Source of the DNA: an uncultured cyanobacterium
GTDB taxonomy: Bacteria > Cyanobacteriota > Cyanobacteriia > Cyanobacteriales > Nostocaceae
NCBI GenBank assembly: GCA_963740315.1
Contig: CAVUDP010000002.1
Coordinates: 3,232,001-3,296,000 of the forward strand
Reading direction: 5' to 3'
Length of the DNA stretch: 64,000 nucleotides
How positions within the stretch are numbered: position 1 is the first letter of the stretch; every line of letters begins with the position of its first letter. The position numbers were made by a program, and so were the translations under genes. The notes beneath the pieces are model-generated. The model had not been told where the DNA came from, did no database searches, and worked only from the letters and a program-made list of their open reading frames with translations. This document shows, piece after piece, positions 18,683 through 28,885 of this stretch.

Positions 18683-20251
18683 TTGAAATTCGTATCCGAG
18701 CCTACAATCACCGATAAAATCCGTAAGATGAAGCAACGGGTGAAGTGGCAAGACTCCGCAATTGTCGAAAGAAATATTGACCAAACTAGTTTGGTTATAG
18801 ATGATGGTAAAACTGACGATGTAGAATTTTCTTTTCTAGTAGCAGGTGATAGCGGCACGGGGGCACACCGAGGACATAGCCCGATGAGAAAGGTAGTCGA
18901 ACTAATGCTACCTCATTATCAAGATTGTCGATTTATGCTGCATACTGGCGATGTTGTTTATCAAGTGGGTTCAAGCGAATACTATCCGAAAAACTTCATC
19001 AAACCCTATCGAGAATTTATTGTCGGCGGCGAAGATTACAAAAAAATTGCCTACGATCGAATGGTATTCAAACTGCCAATTTTGCCAGTACTTGGAAACC
19101 ACGATTATTATGACTTACCGATTATATATGGTTTGATATCCGCAACAACTTTACCATTTCGTCGCTTAATTCCCTCAAAATTAGATATTGAAGTTGGCAG
19201 ACACGGCTCCCACAAAGGTGATGCATTTGCACGAGCATTTTTAGATTATTTAGCTCGATTTAAATTTCCCGGTGAATTAGCCTATCATTTGGACGAATAC
19301 TACACCGCGAAAACAGATACGGGAAGATGTCTCCGCTACGTACCGGGGCAATTTACCCGTCTTCCCAATCGTTACTATACTTTCCGCTACGGTGGAATAG
19401 ATTTTTTTGCTTTAGATTCTAATACTATTAACGATCCGCTTCCTTTACCAGATACAAAAGAAGGATATGCTTATCGTTTATCTATACAAAAAAGACGCAC
19501 GGAGTTAGAGCAAGAACAAGAACTAATACGGGAAACTTCCGAAAAACTGAATCCAGATCAGCCCAGAGGTGCCGAACAAATCGATGACTTACAGTCCAAG
19601 CTGTCGCAAATCGAGGAAATGATTGTCGATATTGATAAGCAATTAAATACTCCTAGAATTACAGTTGTCGATATCGAACAACTCGAATGGCTCAAACAGC
19701 GTTTAATCGAATCTTGGAATACCTCAGAAGTACGGGGACGAGTAATTTATTTTCATCATCCTCCCTACGTAACTGAAGCAACCAAATGGGAACAAGCACA
19801 AACTCTCGCAGTTCGCAGCCGCATCCGAAACGTACTTAACGAAGTTGCTCAAGAGGTAACATTAACTCAAAATCGTCCCATAGTGGATTTAGTCTTAAAC
19901 GGACACGCCCACTGCATGGAACATATAGAAACATTAGATACAGGTAACGCCGACTCCAACATCGACTGGATTGTCTGCGGAGGTAGCGGACATAGCTTGC
20001 GACGACAGCGCCCCGAAGGAGCCGATTTATCAGAATTCTCAACAAACGGCGAAAAATCTTCTAAATTAATAGCGCGATCGCACCTTTTTGTAGGTCGTAA
20101 CGGTTCGGGTTCCCACAAAAGAAGACCTTATTCAGGACTTCGGATTGATGTAAAAGAAGGTTCTCCTCCTAAGTTCGTAGTTCAACCGTTAGTTACAGAA
20201 CGCTATCAAAATAAATGGCATCAACCAGAAATGGAATCATTTACAATTTAA
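18683..20251 (+). CDS. Calcineurin-like metallophosphoesterase with coiled-coil insertion
   Basis: GDSG, HTGDVVY, GNHD, HHPPY, NGHAH motifs. TTG start with GGAG RBS. Confidence 0.88.
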   Translation: MKFVSEPTITDKIRKMKQRVKWQDSAIVERNIDQTSLVIDDGKTDDVEFSFLVAGDSGTGAHRGHSPMRKVVELMLPHYQDCRFMLHTGDVVYQVGSSEYYPKNFIKPYREFIVGGEDYKKIAYDRMVFKLPILPVLGNHDYYDLPIIYGLISATTLPFRRLIPSKLDIEVGRHGSHKGDAFARAFLDYLARFKFPGELAYHLDEYYTAKTDTGRCLRYVPGQFTRLPNRYYTFRYGGIDFFALDSNTINDPLPLPDTKEGYAYRLSIQKRRTELEQEQELIRETSEKLNPDQPRGAEQIDDLQSKLSQIEEMIVDIDKQLNTPRITVVDIEQLEWLKQRLIESWNTSEVRGRVIYFHHPPYVTEATKWEQAQTLAVRSRIRNVLNEVAQEVTLTQNRPIVDLVLNGHAHCMEHIETLDTGNADSNIDWIVCGGSGHSLRRQRPEGADLSEFSTNGEKSSKLIARSHLFVGRNGSGSHKRRPYSGLRIDVKEGSPPKFVVQPLVTERYQNKWHQPEMESFTI

Positions 20252-20277
20252 GGCAATTGAATTATTTGTAAGAATAT

Positions 20278-20310
20278 AGAAGCCCAGTATCTTTGAGGTA
20301 CCGGGCTTCT
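20278..20310. terminator. Hairpin (terminator or dispersed repeat) downstream of the phosphoesterase
   Basis: AGAAGCCCAGTATC...GGTACCGGGCTTCT stem. Related hairpins at 21111-21141 and 48200-48232. Confidence 0.6.
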
Positions 20311-20480
20311 TAAATTTAATATTTATTATTGCTGAAATAATTTATTATTTAAAAATTATTATTTGAAAGCCTTTTTATACTGTTACCTATTGGCTATTTC
20401 CGGAGAAAAAAAATCAGAAGTCAAAAATCAAAATAGATTGTAATATTTTTGACTTTTGACTCTTGATTCTCTTAAGGCTA

Positions 20481-20849
20481 TTAAATTGCACCCGGACCTT
20501 TACCGCGTGTATCGGCTTCCATTGTCAAATCGCCATCTTTATCTTGATTAACTTCTTCAAGTTCTTCAGCACGTTGTGCAGCTTCTTTTTCTGCTTGTGC
20601 TTTAGCATCACCGGGTTCTTCATAGTACATTTCCGGCTCAACTGCGTAATTATTTACCAAGCCTTCCTTATCTACCGTATAACCTTCAGATGTATCTAAA
20701 CTTGCGTCTTCTTCTTTATCGGGAGTATCTTTGTAATTGCCTTTTTCTCTTTCTCTACGAGCCGCAGTTTCAGCAGGAACTATACCTCGGTCGTATTTTT
20801 CTTCCTGAACGCGGTCAGATGAATCTACAGCTTTATTCTTATCAGCCAT
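20481..20849 (-). CDS. Acidic hydrophilic hypothetical protein
   Basis: AGGAG RBS; YDRGIVPAETAAR and GYTVDKEGLVNNYAVEPEMY resemble a conserved cyanobacterial family. Confidence 0.8.
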   Translation of the reverse strand: MADKNKAVDSSDRVQEEKYDRGIVPAETAARREREKGNYKDTPDKEEDASLDTSEGYTVDKEGLVNNYAVEPEMYYEEPGDAKAQAEKEAAQRAEELEEVNQDKDGDLTMEADTRGKGPGAI

Positions 20850-21191
20850 TACTACTGCTCCTTGTAAAATAGTTTATTAATTAACTTCTAAAACTAGATT
20901 AGGTTAATAGATGGCACACAGCATACTATCGTTAGAAGTGGCTTAGCTTAAACACGTATTAATTTTTCTCTCTCCTTAGATATAAATATAAGAAAAATTT
21001 ATTAACACTTTGGTCTGAATTTATTAGCAAAGCTTAGCTAAAATAATGTTTTCAAAGCTTTGATGATGTCCAGATGTGGTAATACCATATCAATCCGAAA
21101 TATCCAAATTAAAAACCCAGCTTCTTAAAGAAACTGGGCTTACAGAATTATTGCAATGATTGAGGGATTTCTACAAAAAATAGCTAGAAAC

Positions 21192-21644
21192 TTAGTTCAA
21201 AGATTCCGTAGTATTTTTACCCAAAACTTGTTTCTTAAACGAATCAATTTCTACGGCTAATTCTTTTCTGGTTGGTGCTTTGAGTAGATAACGGAAAATA
21301 AACCAAGCAGAATATCCAATCCCAATTAACTCAAAAACAGGAGATACCAAAGGAATATCGTTTACCGCAGCTAGCATTGCTAAAACTACTCTTAAGGCAA
21401 CAAACGATGCCAAAAATACAGCAAGTCCGATAATTGGTGTCTTGTATGCCTTATAAAACTTATTTAAGTCTTCAGGAATCTCTGCTAAGAATTGAGAAAT
21501 TTTTGCACCAACCATTTCCAATTGATTGGGATCTTCAGCAGGTGGTAGTTTAGCTAAAGTCTGAGAATTAGTGCCCTCTAAGGCTGGCATCTCGTTTTGT
21601 AAAGCGGTATTAACGTTTTGTGGCTCTTTGTATTCCGTTTCCAT
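21192..21644 (-). CDS. CAAD domain (CURT1/CurT-like) thylakoid membrane protein
   Basis: AVNDIPLVSPVFELIGIGYSAWFIFRYLL signature; AAGGAG RBS. Confidence 0.88.
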   Translation of the reverse strand: METEYKEPQNVNTALQNEMPALEGTNSQTLAKLPPAEDPNQLEMVGAKISQFLAEIPEDLNKFYKAYKTPIIGLAVFLASFVALRVVLAMLAAVNDIPLVSPVFELIGIGYSAWFIFRYLLKAPTRKELAVEIDSFKKQVLGKNTTESLN

Positions 21645-22087
21645 TTTTTTCTCCTTACGTTGATAAATGATTAGAACGTTTCTACTATGTCTTTAACAGC
21701 TTAATATTTTTAGTGCTGTGGTATCAGCTTGTTATTACCGATGACCATATCTACTTTACCCTTTAAGAAAAAACACTTATTTGTTAATTTATTGTTACTT
21801 TGAAAGCAGCCAGACAAAAGTACTTGTTATCGGGTATAGAGCATGGGGCATAAGGCTACGCTTGCACCGCGATCGCAGTGAATGGGCATTAGATACCGAA
21901 AAACAATACATTTACATTTTTTGAAATATTGTTTTATTGCTGCCTACTTACTTTATTTCTACATTTATTAAAGAATAATTCATCAATCCCTTGGAACATT
22001 CTTCATCTCTATCAAGAGATATAGTTACCAGTTACCAGTTAAAAATTTCTCCCCCCTCTTCCCCTTCTTCCCCCTCTACTTTGTCCC

Positions 22088-22639
22088 TCACGGCATAACC
22101 GTACCATTGAGATTTGCACCATCTAACAATGCACCGTTGAGGTTAGCTTGTTGGAGGTTTGCATCACCCAGATTTGCACCTCTTAAGTCAGCGTTTCTTA
22201 AATTAGCATTTCTAAAATTAGCACTGCTTAGATTGGCTCCACTAAGGTTAGCGCCGCTTAAATCGACACCACTTAAATCGGCATTTTTTAAATTAGCACC
22301 GCCTAAATTAACTTTACTGAGATTCATTCCCCGCAGATTCTTTCCTTGCCAATTCACTCCACCAAGGTTTTTACCAGGTTTATTTTTAAAATTCGGTGCT
22401 GGTTTAATTTCTGTTGTGGTTGTGTTTGATTGAGCAGAATTTTCTACTGATGGCGGAGCAATTGTTTCAACTGGCGCTTGTGAATCTGGCTGCGAGATTG
22501 ATGTATCCGATGTTGATGACGAAACCGTCTCAACGCTTTTCAATGTTACATAAATACCCACACCAGCTAAAAGAGTCGCTCCGGTGAGTATCGCAGCAAG
22601 AGTTAAAACCAAACCTCGGCGCTGTTTTTGCGGATGCAT
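22088..22639 (-). CDS. Membrane-anchored pentapeptide repeat protein
   Basis: N-terminal TM helix, Ser/Thr/Pro-rich linker, A(N/D)LxG repeats. Confidence 0.85.
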   Translation of the reverse strand: MHPQKQRRGLVLTLAAILTGATLLAGVGIYVTLKSVETVSSSTSDTSISQPDSQAPVETIAPPSVENSAQSNTTTTEIKPAPNFKNKPGKNLGGVNWQGKNLRGMNLSKVNLGGANLKNADLSGVDLSGANLSGANLSSANFRNANLRNADLRGANLGDANLQQANLNGALLDGANLNGTVMP

Positions 22640-23230
22640 TGGTAATGAAGTTGGAAGTTGGGAGTTGGAACCACCGGAGTTAGGAGTTGGGGGTTAAGAA
22701 TAATTAAACCTTTAACCTTTAACCTTTAACCTTTAACATGCAGACCTTTAACCTTTATTAACCTTTATCGTGACAAGAGTCACCTCATTTTAAGACTTGA
22801 ATCACTTAATGTTTATTCGGTTTTCCCTTATTTTATAAAAAAGATGAGTTATAACTAAGGCAAAAATACGGATACGTTTATAGTTTGCTCAGGGGAATAT
22901 CATGTGTGAGAGGCTTTTGGTAGCGATTGGTTTAACATTCACCCTTCATTTGTGTTCGCAAATAGGTTTATTTTCTATAAGTCAAACTACGCCAGGAAGT
23001 ATACAAAACGAAACTTTGTGGGTTATGGCGCAAAAATACAAAAAATGAATATCACCCTAACCGGGATTAGCTGATAACTCGAATAGTTAAGATTTTTACG
23101 TTTAATGTACAATACCAGCGACATATATGGATAAGTAGAGTTTTTACTGAGAAATTCTACAATGATGGTATTAGTTTTTGTGGGTTAAGCTGGGTAGTCA
23201 GGAAAATATACTACTACCCGGCTACTAAAA

Positions 23231-24001
23231 ATGAAAAACCAAATTATAGCTACAATCGTACTTATTTCAAGTTTCAGCTTTACCACCGCAGCCCAAGCAG
23301 CAAATTCCGCACACGTTAGACAGTTGTTAGCAACGAAGCAATGTGCAAATTGCGATTTGAGCGGTGCGGGTTTGGTAATGTCCGATTTAGCTGGAGCGGA
23401 TTTACGCGGTGCTAATTTGAGCGGTGCCAATCTCAGTCGTGCAAACTTGAGCGGTGCTGATTTGCGCGATGCTAACTTAAGCGGTGCCGGGTTATTTGGC
23501 GCTAATTTAAGCGGTGCAAAAATCAGCCGTGTGAATTTAGTAGGTGCCGATTTAAGAAATACTTATCTTGTCAATGCCCAGTTAACAGATATAGATGTAA
23601 ATACCGCCAATTTACAAGGAGCAACTGGTATAACTTCGCAAATTGCTAAGCCAGAGCAATTTTATGCTTGGGGTGTAGCTTCCGCAGAAAAAGGAAATTT
23701 GGAGCAAGCAACAGAATACTTCGATCGCGCGATCGATGCTAAACCCAATTATGCCGGAGCTTACTTAGCTCGCGGTATTGCTCGCTATCATATGTTAGAT
23801 GGCAAAGGCGCTTTCCAAGACGCTCAAGTTGCTGAAAAACTATTCAAATCTCAGAAAGACATTACTGGATTACAAATATCACAAGCATTTATTCTAGAAA
23901 TGAAAGCACCCCAAGAAGGAAAAGTACGTCCAGCCAAACCTACTTTAATGGACTTCGTTGGAAGTCTCAGTTCCGTCTTGCTTCAGTTTTTACCGTTTTA
24001 G
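23231..24001 (+). CDS. Pentapeptide repeat plus TPR protein with signal peptide
   Basis: Signal peptide, QCANCDL motif, ADL/ANL repeats, TPR-like C-terminal helices. Confidence 0.9.
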   Translation: MKNQIIATIVLISSFSFTTAAQAANSAHVRQLLATKQCANCDLSGAGLVMSDLAGADLRGANLSGANLSRANLSGADLRDANLSGAGLFGANLSGAKISRVNLVGADLRNTYLVNAQLTDIDVNTANLQGATGITSQIAKPEQFYAWGVASAEKGNLEQATEYFDRAIDAKPNYAGAYLARGIARYHMLDGKGAFQDAQVAEKLFKSQKDITGLQISQAFILEMKAPQEGKVRPAKPTLMDFVGSLSSVLLQFLPF

Positions 24002-24183
24002 GAGTAAGAAGGAGAGGGGGGAGAGGGGGAAGAGGGGGAAGAGGGGGTAGTTAGGAGTTAGGGGTTATGAGTTAGGAGTTGTAAATATAAAATCCATAAT
24101 TGATAATTGATAACTGTTCAATGATTACTGGTTACTGCTAACTGGTTACTGGTTACTGCTCACTGTTCACTGCTCACTGATTT

Positions 24184-24810
24184 ATGATTTCTGATAAATT
24201 GTGGAAAGATAATGACGATTTAGCAAAAAGTTGTTTGGAACATCCTTTTGTCCGGGGAATTGCGGATGGTAGTTTAGAGCGGCAGAAATTCGCTTATTAT
24301 GTAGGACAAGATGCTTTTTTCTTGGAATCTTTTGCTCGCGCTTATAGTATCGCTGCTGCTAAATCATCGGATTTTTCTGTATTCACCACGTTTCATAATT
24401 TAGCTGGTGGGGTGTTGGAAGAATTGCAGCTACACCAAAGTTATGCGATCGAGTGGGATGTGGATTTACAGATACAGCAACCGGGAAATGCAACTCGTCG
24501 CTACACAGATTTTTTATTAGCAACTGCTTGGGGTGGTGATATTGGCTTGATTGCTGCTGCTATGTCTCCCTGTATGGCTTTATATGCTTTTTTAGGTACG
24601 GAATTGGCGCGAGATGGGATTCCAAATCATCAATATGCAGACTGGATTCGTACTTATAGCGGTGCGGATTTTCAACCTTTAACGGAACAACTTGCAAATC
24701 TTCTTGATAATCATGGGAGTCATAATGCAACAGTCACTTCCGCTTATAGGTATGCAATGTCGTGCGAATTAGACTTTTTTCAAGCAGCGTGGGAATCAGT
24801 TAGCAGTTAG
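24184..24810 (+). CDS. tenA: TenA family aminopyrimidine aminohydrolase (thiamine salvage)
   Basis: HPFV, YVGQDAFFL, PCMALY with catalytic Cys, YADWIRTYS, ELDFF. Confidence 0.88.
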   Translation: MISDKLWKDNDDLAKSCLEHPFVRGIADGSLERQKFAYYVGQDAFFLESFARAYSIAAAKSSDFSVFTTFHNLAGGVLEELQLHQSYAIEWDVDLQIQQPGNATRRYTDFLLATAWGGDIGLIAAAMSPCMALYAFLGTELARDGIPNHQYADWIRTYSGADFQPLTEQLANLLDNHGSHNATVTSAYRYAMSCELDFFQAAWESVSS

Positions 24811-25058
24811 CAGTGAGCAGTGAGCAGTTAGCAGTTAGCAGTTAGCAGTTAGCAGTGAGCAGTTAGGAGATGAAGAAATCTGAGGGAGCGGAGGGAGCGG
24901 AGGGAGCAATTAATTTAAAATTTTTTAATATCCCTTGTCTCCCCATCCCCCATCTCCTTGTCCCCTTGTCTCCCCATCCCCCCATCTCCCCATCCCCTTG
25001 TCTCCCCATCTCCCCATCCCCTTGTCTCCCCATCCCCCCATCTCCCCTTGTCCCTCTC
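24798..25058. repeat. STRR arrays (CAGTTAG/CAGTGAG)n and (CCCCATCT/CCCTTGTCT)n
   Basis: Directly visible tandem arrays between convergent genes. Confidence 0.9.
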
Positions 25059-26030
25059 TTAAGCTTGCCAATCTCCCAACTGTGTAACTAAAAAGTAACG
25101 CACGTGCGAGACAAAATTAGGTCCCCATTGTGTTGTTCCGTGTCCCATACCGGGAACGACGTAAACATCACCATCGGGAAATTTTTGAGCGCAAGCACGG
25201 GTATGTTTAACTTTCACAAGTGGATCGTTAGCACCAATCAAAAAGCGAACTCGACGGGGTAATTTGACTGATTCTATGTAGCTCATGGGATCGCATTCGA
25301 CTGCATATTCATCTTGATTTTTTAACTTTTTAACTAATTGCAAAATTTTTACCATAGGCTGCAAATCGGGTTGGAAGCGTTTTAAAATCGACTCTGCGAT
25401 AGTACCCAAGGGTGAAGCCGCAATATCTGGTAAAAATGAATATCCCCAACTTTTTGCAAAGGAATTTAGGTCTGCATGACCAATAGTCCCTAATAGTCTT
25501 TCCCCCATACCTTCAGCGGTAAAAGCATAGGCAGAAAATAATACTCCCATACTTACCCCAAATAATGCCGTTCTAGAATCCCAAAGTCCGTATTTATAAC
25601 TGCAAAATTCTCTAACTCTAGTAATGTCATTAGCAGTACTGCGAAATATTGATAGCAGCATCGCTGTATCAAAAGCAATTCCCCGATCGAGTAAGGGTTT
25701 AATTTCTTTATCTACCATACTTGTAAAAGTACGTACTAAGCTGCGTTCCCCGGCAAATGGTGTATCGAATAAAGCCACAGCTATACCCATTTGAGTCAGG
25801 GTTGGTACTATAAATGCATTCCAACCGTAAGGGGCGCACATTCCCTGTAAACCAATTACTAAAGGTGTATGCTCTCTGGGACGATCGCTAGGCAAAAATA
25901 CGGCTACCGGAAACCCACTTAATCGTTCATCTATATCTGTGACCCCAGTATAAGGATAATGTTCGTAAAACCAATAGCGATCGCCAGTCACGCCTTCAAA
26001 AGTAATTGGATCGGGTTCGTAAATTGGCAT
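25059..26030 (-). CDS. Alpha/beta hydrolase fold protein
   Basis: GVSMG nucleophile elbow, GANDPLV acid residue, GMGH histidine. Confidence 0.75.
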   Translation of the reverse strand: MPIYEPDPITFEGVTGDRYWFYEHYPYTGVTDIDERLSGFPVAVFLPSDRPREHTPLVIGLQGMCAPYGWNAFIVPTLTQMGIAVALFDTPFAGERSLVRTFTSMVDKEIKPLLDRGIAFDTAMLLSIFRSTANDITRVREFCSYKYGLWDSRTALFGVSMGVLFSAYAFTAEGMGERLLGTIGHADLNSFAKSWGYSFLPDIAASPLGTIAESILKRFQPDLQPMVKILQLVKKLKNQDEYAVECDPMSYIESVKLPRRVRFLIGANDPLVKVKHTRACAQKFPDGDVYVVPGMGHGTTQWGPNFVSHVRYFLVTQLGDWQA

Positions 26031-26274
26031 ACATTTAATTCAGTAAAATTATCTATATATTTATTACTCATTTATATAACTTTTCCCCATTCACGTTTTA
26101 TGATTTTCTATTAATACGGATAATACGGAAATTTGAAATATTTTTTTTGTTGTTGGGGTAGTGATAAGTTTCTTCTACATACTTATTACCAGTTAATAGT
26201 TTCTGATATTTTGAGATAATCTACTGATATTCAGCGCTTGCGATGATAGAAAAAGAGCGCAGAGGGGAATCAAA

Positions 26275-27948
26275 ATGTCAGATAATTTGAGAAGCCGGGT
26301 TGTAACGCAAGGTGTGCAGCGATCGCCAAATAGAGCGATGTTGCGAGCGGTTGGTTTTGAGGATAAGGATTTTAATAAGCCAATTGTGGGTGTTGCTAAT
26401 AGTTTTAGTACTATTACTCCCTGCAATATGGGCATAAATACATTAGCGGAAAGGGCCGAAAAAGGCGTTCGCGATGCTGAAGCGATGCCGCAGATGTTCG
26501 GTACAATTACCATTAGCGATGGGATTTCTATGGGAACTGAGGGAATGAAATATTCCCTGGTATCGCGGGAAGTGATTGCTGATTCAATTGAAACCGTTTG
26601 CACCGGGCAAAGTATGGATGGAGTGCTTGCGATCGGTGGTTGTGATAAAAATATGCCCGGAGCGATGATTGCGATCGCCAGAATGAATATACCGGCAATT
26701 TTTGTTTACGGTGGTACGATTAAACCCGGACATCATAACGGTGAAGATTTAACGGTTGTTAGTGTTTTTGAAGCGGTAGGTGAATACAGTTCTGGTAATC
26801 TCAAAGAAGAAGAACTTTTAGCAGTTGAACGTAATGCTTGTCCCGGTGCGGGTTCCTGCGGTGGAATGTATACTGCTAACACCATGTCTTCTGCTTTTGA
26901 AGCTTTGGGTATGAGCTTGCCTTACTCCTCCACAATGGCAGCGGAAGACGCTGAAAAAGCTGATAGTACGGAAAAATCGGCGACTGTCTTGGTGGAAGCA
27001 ATACGCCACAAACTTCTACCCCACCAAATTATTACTCGTAAATCTATAGAAAACGCTATTTCCGTAGTGATGGCAATTGGTGGCTCTACAAATGCAGTGT
27101 TACACTTTTTGGCGATCGCTAATGCTGCGGGTGTGGAATTAACTATTGATGATTTTGAAACTATCCGCGCTCGCGTGCCAGTACTGTGCGATTTAAAACC
27201 CAGTGGTAAATATGTAGCAGTAGATTTACATAAGGCTGGCGGCATTCCTCAAGTAATGAAAATGCTGCTTGCTCATGACTTACTGCACGGCGACTGCATG
27301 ACTATCAGTGGCAAAATCATCGCCGAAGTCTTAGCAGATATTCCCGAAGAACCATCCAAAGACCAAGACGTGATTCGTCCGTGGAATAATCCCATGTATA
27401 AACAGGGACATTTAGCCATACTCAAAGGTAACTTGGCTACCGAGGGAGCGGTTGCAAAAATTAGCGGCGTAAAAACCCCCAAAATCACAGGTCCGGCAAG
27501 GGTATTTGAATCCGAAGAATCCTGCTTAGATGCCATACTTTCGGGTAAAATCGTCGCCGGAGACGTGATTGTGATTCGCTACGAAGGACCCAAAGGAGGT
27601 CCGGGAATGCGGGAAATGTTAGCCCCCACCGCTGCCATAATTGGAGCGCGTTTGGGTGATTCGGTAGGTTTAATTACCGATGGGCGTTTTTCCGGGGGAA
27701 GTTACGGAACCGTAGTCGGACACGTAGCTCCAGAAGCCGCAGTCGGTGGAACTATAGCTTTGGTGAAAGAGGGAGATAATATAACAATTGATGCCAGTGC
27801 GCGGTTGTTGCAGCTTGAAGTACCCGAAGAAGAAATAGCCAAACGTCGCGCTAAATGGAAACCACCTCAACCTCGCTATACAAAAGGTGTTTTGGCAAAA
27901 TACGCCAAGTTGGTATCTTCGAGTAGTTTGGGTGCGGTGACGGATTAG
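26275..27948 (+). CDS. ilvD: Dihydroxy-acid dehydratase
   Basis: [48 protein letters not shown]. Confidence 0.98.
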   Translation: MSDNLRSRVVTQGVQRSPNRAMLRAVGFEDKDFNKPIVGVANSFSTITPCNMGINTLAERAEKGVRDAEAMPQMFGTITISDGISMGTEGMKYSLVSREVIADSIETVCTGQSMDGVLAIGGCDKNMPGAMIAIARMNIPAIFVYGGTIKPGHHNGEDLTVVSVFEAVGEYSSGNLKEEELLAVERNACPGAGSCGGMYTANTMSSAFEALGMSLPYSSTMAAEDAEKADSTEKSATVLVEAIRHKLLPHQIITRKSIENAISVVMAIGGSTNAVLHFLAIANAAGVELTIDDFETIRARVPVLCDLKPSGKYVAVDLHKAGGIPQVMKMLLAHDLLHGDCMTISGKIIAEVLADIPEEPSKDQDVIRPWNNPMYKQGHLAILKGNLATEGAVAKISGVKTPKITGPARVFESEESCLDAILSGKIVAGDVIVIRYEGPKGGPGMREMLAPTAAIIGARLGDSVGLITDGRFSGGSYGTVVGHVAPEAAVGGTIALVKEGDNITIDASARLLQLEVPEEEIAKRRAKWKPPQPRYTKGVLAKYAKLVSSSSLGAVTD

Positions 27949-28116
27949 AACAATTTTGGATTTTAGATTTTGGATTGGGAGTGAGGAGTTAGGAGTTAGG
28001 AGTTAGGAGTTAGGAATTTTCTACCCCCTCTTCCCCCTCTTCCCCCTCTTCCCCCTCTCTCCTTCCTTCCCCATCACAGTTACAATCGATTTAAACCAAC
28101 ATTCACGGGCACTTCC

Positions 28117-28680
28117 ATGAATACAGTCGTGCTAAATTTAGAGCCAATTATTCATTTGAGCGACGAGCAGTTTTATCAACTTTGCGTGGTAAATCGAGAT
28201 TTAAGTTTGGAACTTAATGCTACGGGAGAACTAATTATTGTGCCACCAGTGGGAGGGGAAAGCGGAAATCAAGAAGCTGATTTGATTACCAATCTGAATA
28301 TTTGGAATCGTCAAACCAAGCTCGGAAAAGTTTTTAGTTCTTCTACTATATTTAAGTTACAAAATGGTGCAAAACGTTCTCCCGATGCAGCTTGGGTAAA
28401 GTTGGAAAGTTGGGAAGCTTTAAGTTTAGAACAACGTAAAAAATTTCCACCGCTCACACCCGATTTTGTAATTGAACTTCGTTCCGAAAGCGATCGTTTA
28501 AAACCTCTCCAAGATAAAATGCAGGAGTATTTAGAAAACGGTGTGCGTTTGGGTTGGTTAATTAATCCTCAAGATAAGCAAGTGGAAATTTATCGCCAAA
28601 ATAAGCCAGTAGAAGTAGGGATAATTCCGATAAAACTTTTTGGAGAAGATGTTTTACCTGGATTTGAATTGGAGTTGTGA
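28117..28680 (+). CDS. Uma2 family (DUF820) endonuclease
   Basis: RSPDAAWV, PDFVIELRS, KMQEYLENGVRLGWLI. Confidence 0.93.
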   Translation: MNTVVLNLEPIIHLSDEQFYQLCVVNRDLSLELNATGELIIVPPVGGESGNQEADLITNLNIWNRQTKLGKVFSSSTIFKLQNGAKRSPDAAWVKLESWEALSLEQRKKFPPLTPDFVIELRSESDRLKPLQDKMQEYLENGVRLGWLINPQDKQVEIYRQNKPVEVGIIPIKLFGEDVLPGFELEL

Positions 28681-28875
28681 ATAATTAGGGCTTGCTGAAT
28701 AATTATCAGGCATTGATAAATCAATGCTTTGAAGACTTATTCCCAGAAAAAATTAGTCAACTGGTGAGAAGTCGGGTTTTTAGCGAGATTATCTTGTGTA
28801 ATCAAGACTGACCTAAAAAACCCGACTTCTGGGACGAGTTTTGCAAAAAATATTTATTCAGCAAGCCCTAATTAT
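28681..28875. mobile_element. MITE (about 181 bp core) with terminal inverted repeats and a nested palindrome
   Basis: 22-bp perfect inverted repeat ATAATTAGGGCTTGCTGAATAA / TTATTCAGCAAGCCCTAATTAT. TAATTA on both flanks may be the target-site duplication. Internal AGAAGTCGGGTTTTT...AAAAACCCGACTTCT. Confidence 0.8.
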
Positions 28876-28885
28876 ATTTTGGATT

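Noticed and set aside
24002..24183. TPP riboswitch upstream of tenA
   Set aside because: The spacer holds only STRR arrays, with no CUGAGA / ACCUGA..AAUGCCAGCGUAGG core. The GGGG..TGAGA stretch at about 22888-22912 also lacks the 3' half.
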